A stretch of DNA of 64,000 bases from the NCBI GenBank assembly GCA_032249135.1, contig JAVVGL010000004.1, positions 62,760 to 126,759 on the forward strand, read 5' to 3'. Every line of letters begins with the position of its first letter. Positions within the stretch are counted from its first letter, which is position 1. Source of the DNA: Candidatus Calescibacterium sp. (lineage in GTDB: Bacteria > Calescibacteriota > Calescibacteriia > Calescibacteriales > Calescibacteriaceae). Under the pieces are notes generated by a model that was not told where the DNA came from, did no database searches, and saw only the letters and a program-made list of their open reading frames with translations. Made by a program: the position numbers and the translations under genes. Positions 50,704 to 62,700 of the stretch are shown here, piece by piece.

Positions 50704-53700
50704 TTAATCGTTTTCATCATAATTTGCGTTATTCTTCAAATTCTTCTTGAAATACCACTCCTTTTTACCATTGTTCGTCTGTTTTCCGAACTCAAATGCC
50801 CTCACATACCCGGCTTTATCACCGAATACCAATTCTAATCTACTATCTCCATCTATATCTCCGAAAACTGGAGAAGTGAAACCTCCCAAATTATTCCCCA
50901 AGAAGTATGGGCTACCTTGTGCTTGGATTCCGTCTGATTCAAAAATGTAAAGCCATCCATTATCTGTTAGAACAGCTATCTCTTGAGAACCATCATAATC
51001 AAAGTCTCCTACCGCGGGAGCAAGGCTCGGCGAACTTGAAAACTTCTTGAACCACATCCTAACTCCATTATTATCTATAACATATATATAACCGGGATTG
51101 CCAGAACTATATGGCAAAACCGTAACTATTACCTCAAGGTTTGAATCACCATCAATATCTGCCAAAACTATGTGTCTTGGATAATATCCGATTAAATTAT
51201 TTCCGTTTTCATCTTGAAGCACTAATGACCACTTTGAATTCCCATCCAAATCGTAAGCATAAATTGTAACAGGATTTGTTGTTCCAACAACAAAATCTCG
51301 TGTGCCATCTTTATCTATATCTCCTACCGATGGTGATGACAACCACTGCGATAGCCCTAAATTTATCGGCCAACCTGAAATAAGATTCCCCGATGAATTG
51401 AACTTATAAACATTACCATTTGTATCTGTTATCAAAATCTCCGCTGATGTTCCGGAACCATTCACAACAGGATACGATGCCATCAATTGCCCAGGTTCAT
51501 AATACCATTTGAGCGTCCCATTACCATCGTATGCGTAAAGCCTGTTGCATGGATTAAGTGCTGTAAAGAGTATTTCGTTTTCAGGATCAGAATCTATATT
51601 TGCAAGTGTTATAAATCTTACTTTGCAAGTCACAGAAATCGGAAATCCTGACTTTACATTACCAGCTGAATCAAATGCATAAACCAGACCTCCATCGTTT
51701 CCAACAACTATTTCAACTGAACCATCTCCATCTATATCACCTATTGCTGAGGTGCCGAAGATTGCATTTCCTGTACTTTTTGGCCAACCTGTCTTTACTG
51801 TGCCATCTGAGTTCAGAACATAAACTTGTCCGCCTCTTGTTAATATAACTATCTCTAATTTTTCGTCTCCATCAAAATCATATAGCTTTGGAGATGCCCA
51901 TATTTCTGCTCCTACTCCTGTTCCTAAACTTACTGGCCATGGTCTATCCTCTACCGCAAATCCCCTATATGGATGGATATCTAACACCCTACCATTACCG
52001 TTTCCGAAATCAACCCATGAGTATGATGCCTGTGGCTCTCCAAACGATATCGCATATAACCTCCCCCCTTCTGTCCCAACATATACAATTTGTCCTTTCA
52101 TCTTCACAGGCGCAGTTATAGAACCTAAAACCCCAACTGAACAACTTGAACTACCTCCTCCTATGCTTATTGAGTATAAAGTTAAACCTGAACCTATAAA
52201 TACTGACTTTTGTGATAGTGCAGCTGTTGACTTCACTGCACTACCTGTTGAATATGACCATAGTAAAGATGGAGTTGTACCCGTAATGTCTTCTTTTATC
52301 GCATAAACACTCCCGTTCTCCGCTCCCACAAACACCGTCACCTGCGAACCATAAACATAAACAACCGGCGATGACCTTATCGCTGAACTTATTGTCGTCC
52401 CTGTGTCATATACAACTGAACCTGATGGCGATACCTTGTACAATTTCCCATCATCCGCCCCAAAGTATATGTCTCCCTTCGGTCCCAATCCCGGCGAACT
52501 CTTTATCACAGGAGTACCCGTAACAGTGATGCTCCACTTATCAGTAAGGTCAAGTGAAAATGCATAAACTTTCCCTGCCTCTGTCACAAAATATACTGAC
52601 CCCCTTATTGCGTCTATTGCAGGTGCTGTACTTATTGCTCCCAAAACCTGCTTTGAGTTCAATATGCTCAAAGTCTTGCTCATCACAAATACCCAGCCCG
52701 TCGTCGTCCCCAAGTATACTTTACCATCTTTTACTGCACACCCTCCTACTACACCCCCTAAATCTCGTGTCCCTATCAGGTTTCCATCACTATCCACAGA
52801 GTGGAATTTACCATCTAATGTCCCTACAAATATAGTTGTCCTCTGACCCTCATGAGATGCACACAAATGCGATGAAACCGCTGAACCTAAATTCTTCAAC
52901 CACCTTATATTCCCATTCATAACATCCACAGCAATGAGATAACCAGTTGATGTCCCTACATAAACACTACTATCGTCTATCACTGCTGATGTTGTTATAC
53001 CACCTCCTATCCCTCCGCTCAAATCCACATTCCAAATTGTACCACTACAACCAGAAATAATACTTGCGCACGCTACATTTGACCACGATGAAACCCCCCC
53101 GCCTGCCTCCGTTCTCACACGATAACAGTATGTTCCTGCTGCCAAGCCTGAATGCACATGCGTCGTTGAGTTCGGAGATTTTGTCGTAAGCAATACCCAA
53201 TCCGTATCAGTACCCAATTTCATCTTCTCTATCCTGAATCCTGTCTCTTGCGTTGATGAGTCTTGCCAGGTGAGTTTTATTGCAGCTGAACTTATCACCT
53301 CTGCAACAAGTGGAGATGGAGAACCCAACGCCATCCAACATACCTCTCCTGCATACGATGAGTATTTGCTCACACCTTTCTTTGCCCTAACCTTAATACA
53401 ATATGTCGCCTCCTCCGAAAACTCCTTTGAATAATACTCCGTGTTCGCATCGGTCAAATCTGTTGCCCAGATTGCACTCCCTTCCTTCCTCATCCACACC
53501 TCATATCCCGTCTCTATCGTACTCCTATCTTGCCAATGTATCTCCAATGTCCTCAAAAATGCACCTGATACCACCGTCAGACCTGATGGCGCATACGGAA
53601 CTGCCTCAGTGCTTATTGTATTTGAATATCCTGATTCCCCTCCGCTATTGAACGCTGAAACCTTGAACCAGTAATACTTACCCTCTACAAGACCCCAAAT

Positions 53701-56700
53701 CGTTGCATTCGTCACATTCGCCCCCATCGTCGCTACTTTCGTAAATGTTGAACCATCATCTGACCTCCAAATCCAAAATCCTTCCTCTCCTGATGAGTTA
53801 TCTACCCATGTCAGAACAACAGCTGATGACACTGATGATGACATCTCATCATATACACTCAATCCGCTTGGCGCTTTCAATCCAGGCGTTGGGCATGAAA
53901 CATTTGAATAACTTGAATAAACTGAACCTTTCTTCGCTCTCACCCTGTAGCAGTTTGACACACCATCAACATATGCTGTGTCTTGGTAATTTGTAGTATT
54001 CGGACCCAAAGTCGCTATCTGAATCCATCCTCCGTTGTTTACATTCCTCTCTACAAGATAGTTCTCTTCAGCAGATGAGTTGTCATTCCAGAACACTCCT
54101 ATTGCCGTCCCTGAAAATCCTGTTGTCAATCCATCGGGTGCTACGAGCTGGGTCGTCTCGCACGCTGTATTTGAATACCCTGAACTCCCGTATGAGTTGT
54201 ATGCCGTCACACGATAGCAATATGTCGTAGCCTCTATCAACCCGCTATCTTGATAGTCTGTATCGTTGGCGGGTTGTGTCGCAATAAATGCAAAGTTTGT
54301 ACATCCTGCCCCCTGACACCTCTCTATCCCGAAACCTTCTTCGTTATTTGAATTATCAGTCCAACTTATCACCATCGTCGCCGTTCCTTGATAAATTATT
54401 TGCAGTCCAGAAGGTGTGTTAGGTATGGGGACATCGGGCGTCGTCGCCGTCGCCTCATTTGAATACTCTGAATACACCGTCTCTGAACCCACGGTTTTAT
54501 ATGCCCTCACCCTGTAGCAGTATGTTGTTGTCTTCACAACAGTTGTATCTTGATATGTCATAGTTCCTGTCCCGGGATTTGCTCCCAAAGATGCAATCTG
54601 TGTCCATCCACTCGCATCGCAGCTCCCACTTACATACCCCGTCCTCTCTATCAAATACCCACTCTCACCTGCTGAGTTATCTTGCCATGTGAGGTCTATT
54701 CTGTTATATGTGACTGCATTAGCTTGCAAAGAAGTTGGTGTTGCAGGCTTTGTCGTCTTGCAATATGAATCAGAATAAGATGAATATCTGGTTATTGAAT
54801 TGAAAGTTCTTTTGTTCCTTACCTTGTAGCAGTAAGTCTGCGCCTCTGAAAGCCCTGTATCCTGATAACCTGTCACATTCGCAGGTAGTGCAGCAATCAC
54901 AGCAAAGCTCGTGCATCCTGAACCTTGACATCTTTCAACATAGTAAGTATCCTCCTTTGATGAGTTGTCATACCATGTCGCTGTCAGCGATGAGCTTGAA
55001 ATTGTTTCAACTTTGAGTCCTGTCGGTGCCGCTGGATACACAAGATCACACGCCTCATTTGAATAAGGTGAAACAGAATTTGATGTGTATGCAGTAACTC
55101 GGTAGCAGTAATATGTCCCCTCTGATGCCGTCGTATCTGAGTATGTCGTCGCATTCGCAGGCGCTGTTGCCAAGAACGAGTATGATGCAGCTCCCTCATC
55201 CTTCCTCTCCACACCAAATCCTTGCTCGTTCTCTGAATTGTCTTTCCATGTGAGATCCACCTGCGATGTTGATGCAGCTTGTGCTTGGAGATTTGATGGC
55301 GCACACAACCTCGCTCCCCCTGTGTTAAACCTATCTAATCTGAACTTCGGATACTCTGCTGATGATGAAAGTGGTGATGTCCCTGAAACCGCATATAAAC
55401 CTTTCGTTGAACCTATATAAATATTCCCGCTCGGAGCTATCGCTGGTGATGCTTCATTCGCTTGCCCTGTAAGTTCAAACTGCCATGAAACCAAAAATGA
55501 GCTCCCAGACCTCGTCAGTGCCCACAAATATCCACCCGCCGGCGTATTTGACGCTACATAAACCACTCCGGAATCCGCTATCGCTGGCGATGATGTTGAT
55601 GCTCCTCCAAACTCCATCCTTGATACAACCTGCAAGGTTCCTTTATCCAGAGCAACTATCGCACCTGCTGATGATATTACGCTAACATATACATAATCTG
55701 AAACCGCTGGCGATGACCTTACCTGCGTCCCTGCTCCAAAACTCACACTCGCCGAAACCGCACAACTTGACTTATTTATCTTCGCAACTTGACCATTATC
55801 TAACCCTACATAAATCCCTGTTGAATCAACAGCAGGAGATGACCTTATGATAGCACCAAGTGCAGCAGTTGAACAAACTAATGTAAATGTGCTCCGTGAG
55901 AGAACATAAACCTTCTGGTCATCAGCCGCAAATACCACATTGGCACCATCAATAGTTGCTGATGTGTATATCGCCCCTATATTCCCAGTAGATGGATATC
56001 TTCTCAAAATTGTTCCATCTGTTGCTCTCACAGCATAGAACACCCCTCCCGTTGTCCCAACATAAACCTCTCCATCGTTTGATATAGCTGGCGATGCCCT
56101 GATCTGACCTCCCAAAAGCACATTCCAGTTTATATTACCATCGGTTGCCCTCACAGAATAAAGCCTCCCATTACCAGCCCCGAAAAATACATCTCGTTCG
56201 CATGTTATCGCTGGGGATGACAATATCGGAGAACCTATATTTACCACCCACTTTTGGCTCCCATCAGGTTTTATCGCATAAAGTTTCCCATCTGCTCCTC
56301 CAAATATTATAGTCCCATCCACATCTATCGCTGGTGTCCCCGTCACACCTCCCGAAACAAAAATCTTGAAAACTTCTGAACCCGACCCATAAGTTGTTGC
56401 CTCTGCCACATTTGAATATCCTGAATAAACTACTCCGACATCTGAACCGGTTTTATATGCCCTCACCCTGTATCGGTAAGTTGTGCTCGGGCTCAAACCT
56501 GTGTCAGTAAATTCTATTGTATTCGGGGGTAAATCTGCAATCTTGACAAAGCTTGTGCATCCTGAACCCTGACACCTCTCTACCTCATATCCGCTCTCAC
56601 CAGATGAGTTATCTTGCCAGCTCAGCTTTATTGATGATGCTGATTGTGGCTGTGCTGTCAAGCTTGATGGGTCATTTGGTTTTGTTGACGCTGAAACAAC

Positions 56701-59700
56701 ATTTGAGAACGACGAAACTCCTGTATCATTCGTCACCCTTACCTTATACCAGTATATCGTCGCCTCCGCCAAACCCGTATCAGAATATGATGTTGAGTTC
56801 GCTGACAAAATTGCAACTCGTGAATAACTCGCTCCATCTGATGACCTCCATACTTCAACCTTGCTCTCCCGTGTTGAGTTATCTTGCCATGTGAGGTCTA
56901 TTTGTGAATTTGAAATTACAGTCGCACCGAGTGATGATGGAGCGCACATAGGAACAGCAGTTGATGTGTTTGAGTAATTTGAAAACCCATACTCGTTGTA
57001 TGCCCTTACCCTGTATGTGTAATAAACATCACAAGTTGCAGTTGTGTCCTCATAATATGTCACATCAGCTCCGACTGAGGCTATCTCGTAAAATGTTGCT
57101 CCCTCTGGCATCCTCTCTATCTTGAACCCTTGCTCTATTGCTGAGTTGTCTTGCCACCAAAGATTTACCTGTGTTGATGCAACTGCTTGTGATGTGAGAT
57201 TTGATGGTGCGTCCGGTGGTGAAGGAGGTGGAGCTGGTGTTGTCGCCTCCACTATCCCTGAATACAAAGAGTATATCCCTGCATCTGAAAATGCCCTTAT
57301 CCTATACCTATATGTCGTTGAAGGTGAAACCGGCTCATCTATATAAGAAGTTGAATTCGCTGGCATAGTCGCTATCACAGAAAAAGAAGTGCAACCTGCA
57401 CCCTGACATCTTTCAACATAATAACCTGATTCCTTTGATGAGTTGTCATTCCAGTAAACTTCTATCCTCTGGTAGTTCACAGCTACCGCGTTCTCCCCCG
57501 TTGGCTTATGTAAATATGTCGTAGCAACAGAAGTGTTTGAATACGCTGACTCATTATCAGATGAAAATGCTTTGACCCTATATGTCCATGTCGTCGCCTC
57601 TGGCAACCCTTCATCTAAATAAGAACCTGAGTTCTCTCCCAAAGTTGCAACAACAGAAAAAGATGTGCATCCTGAACCCTCACATCTTTCAACATAGTAT
57701 CCTGTCTCCTTTGTTGAATTATCTGTCCATGTCAGTAAAACCTGTGTTGATGACTGTGGCGATGCGTTCAGACTTGTTGGCGTTCCTAATTTTGTCGTAC
57801 CACATATAGTCAAGGAGTAGTTTGATGTTATTGTGCCTCTATAAGACCTCACTCGCCAGCAATAATTTGTTCCCTCCGAAAGACCTGTATCTGTGTATTG
57901 AGTTGTTCCAGCTGGGAGGTCTGCAATTTGTGTGAAAGGTCCTATGGGACTCGGTGCTCTCTCAACATAAAATCCCTGCTCAAATATTGTGTGGCGAGTC
58001 CAAGAAAGAATTGCAGTTGAGTGCGACTGAATATTAACAGAAAGGTTTATAGGTCTGCAAAGCCCTTTTACCCTACCATCTCTTTGAGTATTCCCCTTGA
58101 ACTGATACCACACTGGTTCTTGTGGTGGATATGCATCTGTGTCAAAAGCATATAAAAGCCCATCTCCTCCGATTATATAAACCCTACCAGCATCACCAGA
58201 AATTAGGGGAGAAGACCTTACAGTCTGGGTACCCATACTGTAAAACCATACTATGGTTCCTCCTACAACTTTGTGTAATCTTGTATTTGCTGCAAACCAT
58301 ACATTTCCGTTCCTATCTACCGCAGGAGTTGAGATTGCAGGTCCTGTTGTTTGCAGTACCCAATCAACTTGCGAGTTATTACCTAAATCTCGTATCTTAT
58401 AAAGTAAAGCGTTTGAGCCAGATGTTGCAGAAACATAAATAGCATCGTCTTGCCCTATCACAGGTGATGGGATAATGTCAGTCAGTGAAAGAGCTGGCGG
58501 AGCGGTGCTCAAAGTTCTGGACCATTTCAAGTTGCCAGAGTAATCAAGGGCAAATAGCCTTATTTCTGATGTGCCACTTTGAGCTGTAAAGTAAATATCT
58601 CCTGTGCAAGATATAGCAGGAGAACTCCTCACTACCCATCCACTCCCCACAGTGTACGACCAAATCGGATTTGCAACATCATTCAGGGCATAAAGTTTTC
58701 CATCATCTGAACCAACATAAGCCCTGTCTTGAATATCTATTGCAGGAGATGATATAACAGGTCCTCCTGTGAGATATTGTCCGACCAAAGTGCAAGCTCC
58801 ACCAGAGGAGATGACAGTTATGTAATTATTATTTGAGCCAAAAATAACTCTGTAAGATGAGAACAAAGACGGCGATGACCTGATAACTCCTCCACTGTTA
58901 TAACTACAAACAGCATTACCATTTGAACTTAATCTTTTGTAGAGGTTATTATCCTCTGCACCAGCTATAACATAACCTTCTGGACTTGATGCAGGAGATG
59001 AGAAGATGTTCACATTTAAAGTCGGTCCCCAGATTGATGTCCCAGCTCTTGATATTGCCCTGAATCCTCGTGTAGCGGCTCCCCCTCCCCACGCCGTTGT
59101 AAATATTCTCCCATCCTGCCCAGTAGAAGGGGATGAGTAAGCTGTTCCAGCTCCTGCAACCGCAAATGTCCATGCTACCCCCGCATTCGGAGTTGTACCG
59201 CAACTTACTTCTGACCAATCTGATACTGCATCTGATTTTTCTGCCCTCACACGATAGCAATATGTCGTGTTCGCTTGCAATCCCGTATCCTGATAACTTG
59301 TCGTATTCGCAGCTAAATTAGCTATCCCGGAAAATCCTGAGCACCCTGCTCCCTGACATCTTTCAACTTTGTAACTCCCCTCATAACTTGAACCATCATT
59401 CCATGAGAGGTTTATCTGAGATGGTAAAACTGGGTTTGCAAAAAGATTTGTCGGCGGTGAAAGAAGTGTCACATAAACTACATTTGAATATTGTGATTGC
59501 TGACCACTTGCCCATGCATATACCCTGAACCCATAAGTTGTTTCTGATGTAAGACCTGGCCAGGTGTAATCTGTCGCATTCTGAGGTAGAACCTGAGTGA
59601 CTTTTGTTGAAAAATCGCAACCTGCTCCTTCACATCTTTCCACAACTATATTCTGCTCAACAGATGAATTCTCTTTCCACCAAAGGTAAACTTTCGTTGA

Positions 59701-62700
59701 ACCTACACCGAAAACCTGCAAATTCGTAGGCTCCGCAATCTGAGTCGTTGTCTCCACCACATTTGATGGTGATGAATTACCTTGATTGTTATACGCATAA
59801 ACCCTGTACCGGTAAGTTGTGAGCTCAGATATAGTTGTGTCTGTGTATTGCGTGACATTTGACTGTGCAATAACAAATGTGACTTTACTTGAAAAATCAC
59901 ACCCTGCTCCCTGACATCTCTCAACAACAAATCCTTCTTCATCTGTTGAGTTATCTTGCCAACTGAGTTTTACATATGTCCCAGTTGTTTCAATAACTTC
60001 AAGTGAAGATGGTGCTGCGGGAGGAGTTGCTGGTGGGTCAAGAGTTGTCGCTGACACTTCTTCTGTGTAAAATGAAAAAACTGTTCCTTTGTATGCCCTC
60101 GCCCTATACCAGTATGATGTTGAAGGGGAAAGCCCTGTATCAACATACACTACTTTTGACCCTGAACCAGAACTCGGACCCAAAGTCGCTATAACAGTCC
60201 AAGTACCAGCCTGAGTCCTCCTTTCTATCTTAAATCCTTCCTCTGTTTCCGAGTTGTCCCAAAATTCAAAAGTAATTTGTGTGTGTGAGTTAGCAGTTGC
60301 ACTGGGTCCTGTCGGAGCTTTCGGGAAAGTTATGGCACAACTTTCATTTGAGTAATCTGAACAATCAGTCCCAACACATGCTCTCACCCTGTAACAGTAA
60401 TTTGTCCCCTCCAAAAGCCATGTATCTGAGTAGCTTGATACATCTCCCAGGACTGCTATTTCAGAATAAGCTCCACCTGAAATTGCTCTTTCTACTCTAT
60501 AAGAATCATTTGCTGCTGAATTATCTGACCAGGAGAGGTTGATTTGGGAGTCAGAGGAAGCAGTTGCATTCAGACCAGAAGGAGCTTTCGGTTTTGTTCT
60601 TATACAAACAGTATCAGAGTATTTGGAATAGATAGTTGTTGCTCCGATAGTTCTGAAAGCGCGGACGCGATAGCAATAGACAGTGTATTCGCTCAAAAGA
60701 GTATCAACAAAAGTCACTGTTGAGCCGTATCCTGATGCTGCGCCGGTTGAGCCGATTTCAGAAAAAGAGGTGCAACCTGCACCCTGACATCTTTCAACTT
60801 TGTATCCCGTCTCATAAGCTGTTTTGTCAGTCCACTGAATTTTGATTTGGGAATCAGAAATTGCAGAACCTGTGATTGATTGAGGAGTGCAGAGATGAAG
60901 TCTTCCTGTGTTTGAGTTATCGTGTTTGAACTTTGGCCACGCAGCGTCAGCCAAACCAGATGAGTCACTACTTGATGAAAAAGCCACCAGCCTACCACTT
61001 TCTCTGGATACATATAATCTCCCATCAGGTCTCAAAGCAGCTGATGACCAAACTGCAACATTTTGTCCCAAATTAGAACTTTCCGCAGTTCTTGATGGAT
61101 CATAAACAACATACATATTGTTGTCCAAGTTTCCAGCCCATACTGAAAGATTTGCTGAAACAGCTGGTGAAGCCTGAAAATCGTTTCCTGCGGCAAGATA
61201 CCATCTTCTTGTACCATTTGTAAAATATGAATGGAGACGATTATTTAGTACAGCTCCAAAAAACAGTTTGTCATCAACGATTGCACAAGATGAAAGCTCA
61301 ACTGTGTCAGCATCTATTATCTGGAAAGAGGTCAGAACAGCTCCTGTTTGTGGGTTAAATTTCCTACAATATGTATCCAAAGAACATATCCATATTGTTC
61401 CATCGCAGTCAATTGATGGTGTCGCCTGCAACCTCCCAACTTGTGTCCCCCACTTTATCGTTCCATCTGGATTCACGGCATATAACGCACCAGTTCCTGA
61501 TGTCGGATAATCAACTGCTACATATATCACACCATCTGGTGCCACTACCGCACTTCCCCATATATTGCCCTCTCCCCCTATCTTGAAACTTACTGGGAAA
61601 CCTCCTACCTGCGCCCCAGATGAACCTATAAATGCATAAAGCTTCGCTTGACCGTGCGATGTCACATATACCCTACCATCGTATGATATAGTCGGCGAAT
61701 TATAAAGTATCGTATCTCCGCTATCTAACGGAGACCACCATCTTGATGTCCCATTCGGATACACCGCAAATACCCCCGCATTTGATGCTACATAAACAGT
61801 GCCATCATCACCTATCGCCGGCGATGAATACGATGGATTACTCATTCCAGTACCTATTGAAAATGTCCAAAGCAGTGTCCCAGCGTTCCCATCATCTCTT
61901 ACCTTCCTCAAAACCGCTGAATATGGCGCAGCGTTATTTGATGTAACATAGTATATCACCCAGTTCGCTCCCTCCAAAGTTATCGCAGGCGATGACCTTG
62001 ATTGATTCCCACCACCAGGGTTATATGTCCAAGCTCTGTTTATAGCAAAAGGAACGAGTTCTCCTTGTGGTTCTTCCGAAATTTGAGGTTTTTCTTGTGT
62101 GCCAGTTATCTTTTCTGATGCTTTTTGTGTTTGCGCATATCTCAAAATCGCCTCCGCATCCAAAAACACATATCCCTCTTCTGTCTTCGGTCCAGATAAA
62201 ATCGCTTCCTTCACATCTTTTGCTGTCAAATCTTGTCTCATCCCCCTCACCAACGCCGCAACCCCTGAAACCAATCCCGCTGAAAGTGATGTCCCCGTTG
62301 CACTGCAATACAACTGAAATCCTCCACATGTCGTCAATATATCTTCTCCCGGAGCTATCACCTTCACTGCCGAACCCCTTGATGAAAAACTTGATAGCTT
62401 TTTGTTCTTATCTGATGATCCAACTATTATTATATTCGGAAATTCTTCTTCAAGTGGTGCTCCTACTCCTGACCATATCGCATCCCATCCTGAGTTCCCT
62501 GCTGCCTGCACAAAAACTACATCCGAAAATAGTAAATACCTGAAAACTGGCTCAAATATCCTTATCTGCTGTTCAAGTACATCCCAATCCTCTGGTATAT
62601 GCACTGATGGCTCCCTTGACCATCCTAATCCCCCTGAAAAGTTTATCACCCTTGCTCCTCTATCAGCAGCATCTAACATGTATCTTATCAAAGACATAAT

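Noticed and set aside
50653-50838. 61-aa ORF resembling a basic membrane peptide after the candidate precursor
   Set aside because: It has a TTG start inside the previous gene and mostly lies antisense to the conserved FG-GAP end of the giant gene, so it is probably a shadow ORF.
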